From the NCBI GenBank assembly GCA_963814585.1, contig CAWFDF010000003.1, positions 320,001-384,000 on the forward strand: DNA of 64,000 bases. Reading direction: 5' to 3'. The translations under genes and the position numbers were made by a program. The notes beneath the pieces are model-generated. The model searched no databases, was not told where the DNA came from, and worked only from the letters and a program-made list of their open reading frames with translations. Within the stretch, counting starts at the first letter, position 1. The number at the start of each line of letters is the position of its first letter. The DNA comes from an uncultured delta proteobacterium (lineage in GTDB: Bacteria > Myxococcota > Myxococcia > Myxococcales > Anaeromyxobacteraceae). Positions 1 through 10,079 of the stretch are shown one piece after another.

Positions 1-1
1 C

Positions 2-1187
2 GCCGAGTACCGGCTCTCCGACGCGCCGCTCGACCCGGACTGCCGCTGCCCCACCTGCCGGCTCCACGGCCGCGGCTACCTGCACCACCTGATGAAGTGC
101 CGGGAGCCGCTGGCGCCGCGGCTGCTCTCCATCCACAACGTCCACCACTACCTCGCGCTGATGCGGTCCGCCCGCGCCGCCATCGAGGCGGGGCGCTACG
201 GCGCCTTCATGCGCGAGACGCTGGCGCGGATCGACCGGCACGAGCACGACTCGAGCGGCCGCTCGCCGGGGCGCCGCGCCGCCGCCCCGCCCCCGGCCGC
301 AGCGCCCACCCCGCCCACCCCCGGGCTCCGCTTCGAGATCGTCGCCACCGCGAGCGGCGAGCCGTCGATGCGCGACGCCGAGGCCGGGGAGGTGATGCAC
401 CCGGTGATCGGCGCCGCCGTCGAGTCGGAGCGGCTCTACGTGGCCCAGTCCCGCCTGGCGGCCCGGCTCCTCGAGCCCGGCCACGGCCCGCTGGTCCTCT
501 TCGACGTCGGCCTGGGCGCCGCCGGCAACGCGCTGGCCGCCATCCGGGCCGCCCGGGCCGCCGGGCCCGGCCACCGGCCGCTCGCCGTGGTCAGCTTCGA
601 GCGGGAGCTGGGGGCGCTGGCGCTGGCCGCCTCGCCCGAGGGGGCGGCCCGGCTCGGCTGGCCGGCCGCGGACGCCGCGGCGGCCGCGGGCGCTGCTGGT
701 GGCGGGTGCCACCAGGAGCCGGGCGTCACCTGGCGGCTCCGCCTCGGCGACGCGCTGGAGCGGATCGACGCCGAGGCCTGCCCGGGCCGACCTGGTCTTC
801 TGGGACCCCTTCTCACCCAAGGTGAATGGCGCGCTCTGGACCGCGGGCGCCTTCTCGCGCCTGGCCGCCCGCTGCGCGCCGGGCGCCGCCCTCTTCACCT
901 ACTCGACCGCCACCGCCACCCGGTCGGCGCTGCTGCTGGCCGGCTTCACGGTGGGGCACGGCGACGCCTCGGGCCCGAAGGAGGAGACCACCGCCGCGAC
1001 CCTGCCGCCGGCCCTCCCGGCCCGACCGCTCGACGACCGCTGGCTGGCGCGCCTGGCCCGCTCCTCGGCCCCCTTCCCGCCCGACGCGCCGGTCGATGCC
1101 CTGGCCCGGATCGGCGCCTTGCCGCAGTTCCGCCAGGCCGACCGCGGCCGCCCGGCCGGGGCGGGACGGGGAGCGTCCAGGATTTAG
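2..1187 (+). CDS. tgt: tRNA-guanine transglycosylase (C-terminal part, 5' end outside window) fused to an MnmC-like SAM-dependent methyltransferase domain; one apparent frameshift near 776-780
   Basis: Frame 2 from base 2 reads AEYRLSDAPLDPDCRCPTCRLHGRGYLHHLMKCREPLAPRLLSIHN (Tgt Zn site C-x-C-x2-C...H). It continues in frame through a Pro/Ala linker to EVMHPVIGAAVESERLYV...DVGLGAAGN. After a frameshift it reads ADLVFWDPFSPKVNGALWT...FTYSTATATRSALLLAGF (MnmC methyltransferase-type motifs). Stop TAG at 1185-1187. Confidence 0.8.
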
Positions 1188-1219
1188 CGCGTGCCGGCCC
1201 GCTCTGGTACTGGAAGGGC

Positions 1220-2674
1220 ATGCGAACCGCACCTGCCCGGGTCCTGCTCCTGCTGTCCCTCGCCCTCTCGGCCTGCGTCGCGCACGACAAGGCCGGCGAC
1301 CGCGCCGCCGCCCTCGGCGACTGGAAGGCCGCCTACACCGAGTACCGCCAGGCGGTGGCCGACGAGCCGAACGATCCGGCGCTGAAGCAGAAGTACGATC
1401 GGGCCCGCGCCGAGGCGCTCGCCGGCGCCACCGCCGCGGCCAGGGGGTGCCTGGCCCGGCGCGAATGGGCCTGCGCCGTGAGCGAGGCCGACTTCGCCCT
1501 CTCCATCGACCCCGGCAACACCGAGCTCTCCGACCTGCGGCGCAACGCCGGGCGGGAGGCGGCGCTGGTGCAGGTGGAGCAGGCCCGCGGCCTGGTGGCG
1601 CAGGGGCAGCTGCAGCGGGCCGACGCCACCCTCCGCGAGGTCCAGCGCCTGTCCAGCGATCCCAGGGTGCAGCAGGCCGTCTCCCCGGTGGCCGGCGCGC
1701 TGGTCACCGCCGCCGTGGCCGAGTCGGACCGGCGGCGCGCCGCGCGCCAGTTCCCCGAGGCGCTGGCGGTGCTGCAGCTGGCCCTCCCCTACGAGCCGGC
1801 CATGCGAGAGCGGATCGAGATGGTGAAGCGCGAGCAGGCGGCGTTCCTCAAGGCCGAGCACGACCGGCTCATGGCGGAGGGCGACCAGCTGCTGACCCGG
1901 AGCGCCTGGACCGAGGCCGCCGCCCGCTTCAAGGCGGCGCAGGCGGCCGTCCCCGACGAGCGGGGCCGCGCCGCCGAGCAGTACTGCCGCCTGGCGCTGG
2001 CCGCCGACGCCGCCGTCGAGCGTGGCGACTGGCCGGCCGCGACGCGCGGCTACCAGGAGATGATCGACCTGCGGGTGGAGCGGAACGGCTACGCCGCCGC
2101 CCAGCTCGGGCGCGTCGCCATCCGCCCCTGGGCCATCCGCATCCGCTCGGTGCTGGTCTCGCCGCTGCGCCCCGACGGCGTCCCCTGGGTGGGCCCGCCG
2201 AGCCGGTCGGCGGTCAAGGTGGCCCACGAGGTGGTGCGGATCGGCGGCGGGGAGCTCACCGTGCCGTTCCTGCTGCTGCTCAACCAGCTGCCTCGCGAGA
2301 ACCAGCCGAGCGTGGTGATCGAGGTGACCGCGCCCGGGGCCAGGCCGCTGCTCACCCAGCCCCACCGCGGCCTCTACACGACCCTGGCCAGCTCGGTGGT
2401 GGTCGGCGCCAACGCCTTCGAGCGGCGCACCGTCCGCCTCCGCGTCTTCCACGTCGAGCGAGGCGGCGTCGCCGAGGACATGGGGGTGATCGAGGCCTCG
2501 ATCGGCGACCTGATCACGCGCGGGAGGCTCACCCTCCAGTCCGAGTCGGTGCCGGCCCTGGAGCTCTCGGCCGAGCCGGCCCCCGGCGTGGCGCTGGGCA
2601 GCGTCGTCGACCTGACGCCGGCCGCGCCGCCCCCGCCGCCGCCCGCTCCGGGTCCGCGGCCGCCGGGGCGGTGA
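1220..2674 (+). CDS. TPR-like helical-repeat lipoprotein with uncharacterised beta-rich C-terminal domain
   Basis: ATG at 1220 after GAAGGG; signal peptide and lipobox LALSAC; repeated helical A/G-x2-A/L patterns; Pro-rich tail. Confidence 0.7.
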   Translation: MRTAPARVLLLLSLALSACVAHDKAGDRAAALGDWKAAYTEYRQAVADEPNDPALKQKYDRARAEALAGATAAARGCLARREWACAVSEADFALSIDPGNTELSDLRRNAGREAALVQVEQARGLVAQGQLQRADATLREVQRLSSDPRVQQAVSPVAGALVTAAVAESDRRRAARQFPEALAVLQLALPYEPAMRERIEMVKREQAAFLKAEHDRLMAEGDQLLTRSAWTEAAARFKAAQAAVPDERGRAAEQYCRLALAADAAVERGDWPAATRGYQEMIDLRVERNGYAAAQLGRVAIRPWAIRIRSVLVSPLRPDGVPWVGPPSRSAVKVAHEVVRIGGGELTVPFLLLLNQLPRENQPSVVIEVTAPGARPLLTQPHRGLYTTLASSVVVGANAFERRTVRLRVFHVERGGVAEDMGVIEASIGDLITRGRLTLQSESVPALELSAEPAPGVALGSVVDLTPAAPPPPPPAPGPRPPGR

Positions 2675-2800
2675 GGGTGTAGCGCCCCCCCCCCCCCCCG
2701 CGATGGGTAGGCGTCCATCGAGGGGCGATCCCAGGGCGGGCGTCGGGCGTGTCACAGTCCGGACCCCCGGTGGCTCTCAACAACAGCCAGCGGGGGTCTC

Positions 2801-2992
2801 ATGATCGCCATCCACACGTCCGACTGGAGATGGCCGCCGTGGCGCTTCCTCAAGTCACTGCTGGCGATCCTGGTGAGCCTGCTCCTCCTCGCCGGTGCCG
2901 ACATCGAGACCGGGCAGTGCCTGGTGCCAACTGGTCAAGTCCTCAATGGCCGGCTGGCTAGCGTGGGGTCACCACCTGGGGGACGGGCGTGA
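2801..2992 (+). CDS. possible small membrane peptide
   Basis: 63-aa ORF with one hydrophobic segment (FLKSLLAILVSLLLLAG) and a G-rich run upstream. No recognisable motif. Confidence 0.25.
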   Translation: MIAIHTSDWRWPPWRFLKSLLAILVSLLLLAGADIETGQCLVPTGQVLNGRLASVGSPPGGRA

Positions 2993-3377
2993 CCACCGCG
3001 AAGGAGAACGCCGCGGCGGGGACAACCTCGAGGTCGAGGCTCGCGTCGCCGAGGCCGTCGCCAGGCGCGACTTCGAGTCGGCGGCCAGGGCCCTCATCGA
3101 GGGCTACGGTCCCCAGGTGCTGGGCTACCTGCGGGTCGTCGTGAAGGACGGCGAGGAGGCCGAGGATGCCTTCTCCCTCTTCGCCGAGAACGTCTGGCGC
3201 GGCCTCCCGACCTGGCAGGGGCAGGCCAGTGCCCGGACCTGGGCCTACAGCATGGCCTGGAACGCCGCGGAACGCCTCTTCCTCGACCGCCGGCTGGTCG
3301 ACGAGGGGCCACCCCATGGGGGACGGGCGTGACCACCGTGAAGGAGAGCGCCGCGGCGGGGAAGAACCTCGAGGTCG
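2970..3377 (+). repeat. imperfect ~67-bp direct repeat (2970-3036 and 3310-3377)
   Basis: TGGGGGACGGGCGTGACCACCG(C/T)GAAGGAGA(A/G)CGCCGCGGCGGGGA..AACCTCGAGGTCG occurs twice, 340 bp apart. Confidence 0.9.
2976..3332 (+). pseudogene. truncated ECF-type sigma-70 factor (region 2 only)
   Basis: EARVAEAVARRDFESAARALIEGYGPQVLGYLRVVVKDGEEAEDAFSLFAENVWRGLPTWQGQASARTWAYSMAWNAA resembles sigma region 2 of myxobacterial ECF sigmas. The ORF stops before any region 4, and the presumed start is CTG. Confidence 0.6.
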
Positions 3378-3593
3378 GGGCCCGCTCTCGGGCCTCCGCC
3401 GGGTGCTGCGCTTGCCTCCCCATGGCCCCATCCTCTCGAGCACTGGACCCTCCGGGAAGCCCGGGGCGGTTCACCCCCATCTCCGCCCGTCCATCGAGGA
3501 GGCGCTTGCCCCAACGCCCGCCGCGCTGCCACGCTGAAGCGCCGCCTGGCGCTCCTCGAGGCGTCCGTGGTGGAGCCGATCAGGCGCCGAGCG

Positions 3594-4037
3594 CTACGGC
3601 CCGGCAAACCTCTTGCCGAAGGTGAAGGTCTTGCGCTTCGGCTCCCAGAGCCAGGCCCACCAGAAGTCACGCTTCACGTCGCCCATGAAGCAGCGGAAGT
3701 CGACGTGGCCGTCCCCGTCCAGGTCCCTGAACTGCCAGCGCGAGGCCTTCTCCATGTCATCGACGCCCGACTCGAGCCGGTTCTCGCCGTGGCCACCGAA
3801 GATCTTCCCGGTGGCGTTGTCGGTGATCACGTAGTCGTAGACGTAGAGCCGCCGGGCCTGGGCGCCGGTCCCGGTGACGCGGGTCTCCTTCAGCTTGACC
3901 TGGACGCTGAAGCCCGGACCGGGGACGAGCTGATAGCCCTCGCTGGCCCGCCGCTCCCGGGTGGTGGTCCTGGGGGGACCGGCGGCGGCAGCGGCGGCGG
4001 TGAGCAGGAGGGCGGCGAGGAGCAGTCGTCGGGGCAC
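3594..4037 (-). CDS. secreted hypothetical protein
   Basis: GTG start, signal peptide (PRRLLLAALLLTAAAAAA), DLDGDGHVDF Ca-binding/FG-GAP-like motif, typical GC3 bias. Confidence 0.6.
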   Translation of the reverse strand: MPRRLLLAALLLTAAAAAAGPPRTTTRERRASEGYQLVPGPGFSVQVKLKETRVTGTGAQARRLYVYDYVITDNATGKIFGGHGENRLESGVDDMEKASRWQFRDLDGDGHVDFRCFMGDVKRDFWWAWLWEPKRKTFTFGKRFAGP

Positions 4038-4279
4038 TGGCGTCTCCGGGGACCAGGGGCCTGCCCATTCAACCACGAACCCGATGCCGGCCGGCACCTG
4101 TCACGAGCGGCCCGGACCGGCCGCGCCCCCGCGAGGGTGGAGCGACGTGGTGGTGACTGCCCCGGCCGGGCCGGGGGCCGCTGGGTCGCCGCCGGGAAGG
4201 GCCGGGCCCGGTGGGCTGTTCACCGGGACGGGCGGCGGCTATCTTCGCCCGTTCCTGGACGACCACGCGTGGAGGGTGC

Positions 4280-5273
<994 letters not shown>

Positions 5274-5316
5274 GCGGCGGCGTGGCACGCCGCCGCCCTC
5301 GCCGTCCGCCGCACCG

Positions 5317-6207
5317 ATGAACACCCGCGAGCTCATCCAGCGCATCCGGCGCATCGAGATCACCACCCGCCGCGCCGTCGAGGACTCGCTCGGCGGCCAG
5401 TACCACTCGGTCTTCAAGGGGCGCGGGATGGACTTCCACGAGGTGCGCGCCTACGCGCCCGGCGACGAGGTCCGCACCATCGACTGGAACGTCACGGCCC
5501 GCACCGGCCAGCTCCACGTGAAGCGGTTCGTCGAGGAGCGCGAGCTGACGGTGATGGTGCTCTGCGATCTCTCGGCCTCCACCGACTTCGGCTCGGGGGC
5601 GCGGACCAAGGCCGAGGTGGCGGCCGAGATCGCCGCGCTGCTGGCCTTCTCGGCGGTGCAGAACGACGACCGGGTGGGCCTGTGCCTCTTCACCGACGAG
5701 GTGGAGAAGTTCGTGCCGCCGCGCAAGGGGCGGCGCCACGCCCTGCGGCTGGTCTCCGAGATCCTCCGGTTCCAGCCTCGCAGCCGCCGCACCGACCTCG
5801 GCGCGGCCCTCGACCCAGCTGCGGCGGACCATGCGGAGGCGCTGCGTGGCCTTCGTCCTCTCCGACTTCCTCGACGACGAGGCCCGCTTCGAGCGGCCGC
5901 TGCGCGTCGCCGCCGCGCAAGCACGACCTGGTGCCGGTCCGGATCGAGGACCGGCTGGAGCGGGCGCTGCCGCCGGCCGGGCTGGCGCTGCTCGAGGATC
6001 CCGAGACCGGCGCCACGCTGCGGGTCGACCTCTCCGACCGGCGCGTGCGCGACGCGGCTCTCCACCCAGGCCGACGCCGCCGAGCGGCGGCTCACCCGGC
6101 TCTTCTCCCGGCTCGACCTCGACCATGCCCGGGTCCAGGCCGACGACGCCGACTACGTCGGGCCGCTGCTGGCCTTCTTCCAGGCCCGGGCGCGGAGGCA
6201 CGGATGA
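5317..6207 (+). CDS. DUF58 family protein (apparent frameshifts near 5815, 5918, 6060)
   Basis: YHSVFKGRGMDFHEVRAYAPGDEVRTIDWNVTAR...KRFVEERELT, DLSASTDFG, LSDF. Follows moxR. Confidence 0.88.
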   Translation: MNTRELIQRIRRIEITTRRAVEDSLGGQYHSVFKGRGMDFHEVRAYAPGDEVRTIDWNVTARTGQLHVKRFVEERELTVMVLCDLSASTDFGSGARTKAEVAAEIAALLAFSAVQNDDRVGLCLFTDEVEKFVPPRKGRRHALRLVSEILRFQPRSRRTDLGAALDPAAADHAEALRGLRPLRLPRRRGPLRAAAARRRRASTTWCRSGSRTGWSGRCRRPGWRCSRIPRPAPRCGSTSPTGACATRLSTQADAAERRLTRLFSRLDLDHARVQADDADYVGPLLAFFQARARRHG

Positions 6208-7198
6208 GCGCCGCCGGCCTGGCCCTGGCGCTCGGCCTGGTGGCGGCCCCACCGGCTCCGAGCACGCCGGCGCCAGCCGCGCCGGAGCAGGCGGCGCCGC
6301 GTGAGGTCCACTCCCGCACCTCGGCCCCCTCCGCCAGGCTGGGCGAGCCGTTCGAGTGGGCGTGGAGATCAGGCACGCGCCGGCCGAGCGCTACCAGTTC
6401 GGGGCGCCGCTGCCCGAGGGGCCGTACCGGGCCGAGCCGCTCGGCTGCCAGCGGCGTCGAGGCGTCCGGAGAGGCCACCACCACCTGCCGGCTGCGCCTG
6501 GCCCTGCTCGCGCTCGGCCCGGTCGACCTGCCGCCGCTCCGGCTCACCGCGATCACGCCCGGAGGCCCGCGGGTGCTCGACGTGCCCGGGCCCCGCCTCA
6601 CCGGGAACGGCGTCATCGACCCCGGCGTGCCGGCCGACCAGCTGCAGCTCAGGCCGCTGGCCCCGCCGGTGCCGCTGCTGGTGCCGAGCTGGCGGCTGGC
6701 CTGGTGGGCCCTGGGCGCGCTGGGCCTGGCGCTGCTCGGCTGGCGGCTGTGGCGATGGTGGAAGGCGCGGCGCCGCGCCGGCGAGGCGCCCGCCGCCGCC
6801 CATCCCTCCGGAGCTTCGCTTCGCCGCCCGGCTCGACGCGCTCGAGGCGGAGCGGCTCGGCGAGCAGGGGCGCGGGCGGGAGCACTGGTTCCGGCTCTCG
6901 GAGGCGGTGCGCGACTACCTCGGCGCCGTCACCGGCCTGAACGCGCTCGACCTCACCACCGCTGGAGCTGCTGGAGGCGCTGGCCCGGCAGCCTGATCCG
7001 CGCCTGCCGCTCGAGCCGGTGCGCCACTTCTCCGAGATCGCCGATCTCGTCAAGTTCGCCCGGCTCGCCGCCGACGGCCGCTCCTGCGCCGAGGGCATCG
7101 CCTTCGGGCGGGAGCTGCTGGCGCGCACCCGGCCGCCGCCGGAGGCGCCGCCGCCCGCGTCCCCTCCCGCCCCGCCCGGCGCCGGAGCCGCCTCGTGA
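6204..7198 (+). CDS. Bat-operon membrane-anchored accessory protein (apparent frameshifts)
   Basis: ATG overlaps the DUF58 stop; signal peptide, one TM segment (WWALGALGLALLGW), RLSEAVRDYL..LDLTT.EL and ADLVKFAR motifs typical of this operon position. Confidence 0.65.
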
Positions 7199-8209
7199 CC
7201 GGCGACGCGCTCCAGTGGGCCCGGCCCTGGGCCCTGCTCCTCCTGCTCGCCATCCCGCTGGCGGTGCTGGCGCTCCGGCTCGACCTGCAGGCGCTCCCCT
7301 CGCCTCCTCCACCCCCGCCTCGCCGCCATCGCCGCCGGCCCGCGCGGCTGGGTGGCACGGGCCTGGTGGCTGCCGCAGGCGCTGCTGGTGACGGCCCTGG
7401 CGCTGGTGGCCGTCGGGCTGGCCCGGCCGCAGGCCGACCGCCGCGAGCCGGAGCGGCGCAGCATCGAGGGAATCGACATCGTCATCGCCCTCGACCTCTC
7501 CACCTCCATGCTGGCGGCCGACTTCAAGCCGGAGAGCCGCGTCCACGTCGCCAAGGAGGTCCTCAAGGACTTCATCGGCCGGCGGCGGACCGATCGGATC
7601 GGCCTGGTGGTCTTCGCCGGCGAGGCCTACACCCAGGCGCCGCTGACCCTCGACCAGGGGCTGCTCCGCTCGCTGGTGGACCGGCTCAAGATCGGCGTCA
7701 TCGAGGACGGCACCGCCATCGGCAACGCGCTGGCCACCGCGGTGAACCGGCTGCGCGAGTCGGACGCCAGGAGCAAGGTCGTCATCCTCATCACCGACGG
7801 TGACAACAACCGCGGCCAGATCTCGCCGCTGGAGGCGGCCCGGCTCGCCGCCGCCATGGGCGTCCGCGTCTTCCCCATCCTGGTCGGGAAGGGCGGCGTG
7901 GTGCCCTACCCCGACGGCGTGGACCTGCTGGGACGCCCCAGCTACCGCCAGGTCCAGCTCGACGTGAACCCCGAGCTGCTGCGGGAGATCGCCGCCACCA
8001 CCGGCGGCGCCTTCGCCAACGCCACCGACCGGGCCGAGCTGGAGGGCGGGCTGCAGGCGGTGCTCGACCGGATGGAGAAGACCCGGATCATCGAGACCAC
8101 CGGGGGCAGCCAGGTGGCCGAGCTCTTCCCGCGCCTGCTCGGTCCGGCCTTCGCGCTGGTGGCGCTGGGCCTGCTGCTGGGCCTGACGCGGTGGAGGGCC
8201 TTCCCGTGA
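7195..8209 (+). CDS. batA: BatA-like VWA domain protein (frameshift near 7290-7320)
   Basis: WARPWALLLL N-terminus, LARPQ, GIDIVIALDLSTSM (MIDAS), GTAIGNA, ILITDG, C-terminal TM. Confidence 0.85.
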
Positions 8210-9288
8210 CGCCGGCGTCCCCGCTGACCTTCCAGGTGCTGGGGGCCCCGGCGCGGCTGCTCGCGCCGGCCGCGCTCTGGCTGCTGCTGCTCGTCGCCGC
8301 GCTGGCCGCCCTGGCGGCCTGGCGGCTCCTCGACCGCCGCGCCCTGCTGCGCCGCACCGCCGGGGCGCAGGCCGCCCGCCTGGCGCCGCGCGCCGGCCTG
8401 GTCCGGCCAGCCGGCCGGGTCTCGCTCTGGCTCGCCGGCCTGCTGCTCCTGGCGGTGGCGCTGTCGCGTCCCCAGTGCGGGACCCGCACCGAGCTCTCCC
8501 GGCGGTACGGCGTGGACCTGGTGGTGCTGCTCGACGTCTCCCGCTCCATGCAGGCCCGCGACGTCCCCCCCGACCGGCTCACCCGCGCCACGCTGGAGGT
8601 GGGGAGCCTGCTCGAGAAGCTCGCAGGCGATCGGGTCGGCGTGGTGGTGTTCGCCTCCGAGGCGTTCGTGCAGTGCCCGCTCACCACCGACTACCAGGCG
8701 GCCCGCCTCTTCCTCCGCTCGGTGGGGCCGGGGAGCGTGCCGCAGCAGGGCTCCGACCTGGGCCGCGCGCTGCGGGCGGCGCGGGAGGTGCTGGAGCAGG
8801 GGGAGAGCTCGAAGGGACGAGGCCAGGTGGTGCTGCTGGTGAGCGACGGCGAGGACCTCGAGGGGGAGGCCGGCGAGGCGGCCCGTGCCCTGGGCGAGGC
8901 CGGCATCCGCCTGCACGCGCTGGCGGTGGGGACCACGGCCGGGGAGCCCATCCCGCTGCTCGACTCCAGCGGCCACGTCACCGGCTACCGCAAGGACCCG
9001 GCGGGGCGGCCGGTGGTGACCCGGCTCGACCTGCCCACCCTCCGCGAGATCACCTCGCGCGGCGGCGGCGAGGTCTTCGAGCTCGGCTCGCCCGACCACG
9101 GCCTGGACGCCTTCCGGGCGGCGCTGGACGGGCTGGCGAAGAGCGAGCTGGAGAGCCGGCTCACCGTCCAGTTCGAGGATCGCTACGCGCTGGCGGCCTT
9201 CCCCGCCTTCCTGCTGCTGCTGGCCGGGCTGCTGCTGGGCGACGCCGGCCCGCGCCAGGCCGCGGCGGGCGAGGAGGGCGCGCCGTGA
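8206..9288 (+). CDS. batB: BatB-like VWA domain protein
   Basis: ALSRPQCG, GVDLVVLLDVSRSMQARDVPPDRL, QCPLTTDY, LVSDGEDLEG; GTGA overlap with batA. Confidence 0.85.
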   Translation: MTPASPLTFQVLGAPARLLAPAALWLLLLVAALAALAAWRLLDRRALLRRTAGAQAARLAPRAGLVRPAGRVSLWLAGLLLLAVALSRPQCGTRTELSRRYGVDLVVLLDVSRSMQARDVPPDRLTRATLEVGSLLEKLAGDRVGVVVFASEAFVQCPLTTDYQAARLFLRSVGPGSVPQQGSDLGRALRAAREVLEQGESSKGRGQVVLLVSDGEDLEGEAGEAARALGEAGIRLHALAVGTTAGEPIPLLDSSGHVTGYRKDPAGRPVVTRLDLPTLREITSRGGGEVFELGSPDHGLDAFRAALDGLAKSELESRLTVQFEDRYALAAFPAFLLLLAGLLLGDAGPRQAAAGEEGAP

Positions 9289-10079
9289 CCATCGCCCTCC
9301 CGCTGGCGGCGCTCCTGCTGGCCGCCTCCCCCTTCGAGGCAGAGCATCCCGAGGTGCGCGCCGGCAACCAGGCGCTCCAGGCCGGCGACCCGGCGGCGGC
9401 GCTCCCGCGCTACGACGCCGCCGAGCGCGAGGCCGGGTCTCGCCCGGAGATCGACTTCGACCGCGGCAACGCGCTCCACGAGGCGGGGCGAGCCGAGGAG
9501 GCCAGGGCGGCCTGGAGGCGGGCGGCCGAGCGGGCCCCGGCGCCGCTCGCCAGCCGCGCGCTCCAGAACACCGCCAGCGCGCTCGACGCCGCCGGAGACG
9601 GGGCCGGTGCGATCCGCGCCCTGGCCGAGGCGCTGCAGCGAGACCCCGCCAACGAGGACGCACGCTATAACCTCGAGGTGCTCCTGCGCCGCCAGGCGGA
9701 GGGGAAGGGCGCGCCCAGGGAGCAGGGCGAGCAGGGAACGAAGCGGGACGACGGGGCGCCGCAGGCGGGGGCGGGAGGGAAGCAGGACCAGCAGGAGGCC
9801 GGGTCGAAGGGCGACCGCCCCGAGCCGCGAGAGGGCGAGCCGAAGCAGGACGGCCAGCAGCAGGACCGGCCACAGGAGCAGCCACGGCGTGACGCGGGGA
9901 CGGGACGAGCGGGTGACGACCGGGGCCAGGATCGCGACGGCGCGGCCGGGAAGCCCGATCCGGTCGGGAAGCGGGACGCCGAGCGGCTGCTCGACGCGCT
10001 CCGCTCGCGGGAGCGTGCCATGCCGCTCGGGCCGGCCGGGAAGCCGCCGCCGCGGAAGGAGGGCGCCCGTGACTGGTAG
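9285..10079 (+). CDS. batC: BatC-like TPR protein
   Basis: Signal peptide, TPRs (FDRGNAL, DARYNLE), Gln/Glu-rich linker, AERLLDAL, terminal RDW. Confidence 0.78.
   Translation: MTIALPLAALLLAASPFEAEHPEVRAGNQALQAGDPAAALPRYDAAEREAGSRPEIDFDRGNALHEAGRAEEARAAWRRAAERAPAPLASRALQNTASALDAAGDGAGAIRALAEALQRDPANEDARYNLEVLLRRQAEGKGAPREQGEQGTKRDDGAPQAGAGGKQDQQEAGSKGDRPEPREGEPKQDGQQQDRPQEQPRRDAGTGRAGDDRGQDRDGAAGKPDPVGKRDAERLLDALRSRERAMPLGPAGKPPPRKEGARDW

Noticed and set aside
92..2674. 860-aa ORF joining Tgt/MTase to the TPR lipoprotein
   Set aside because: Artefact of the frameshift near 776-780. The lipoprotein has its own ATG, RBS-like site and signal peptide at 1220.
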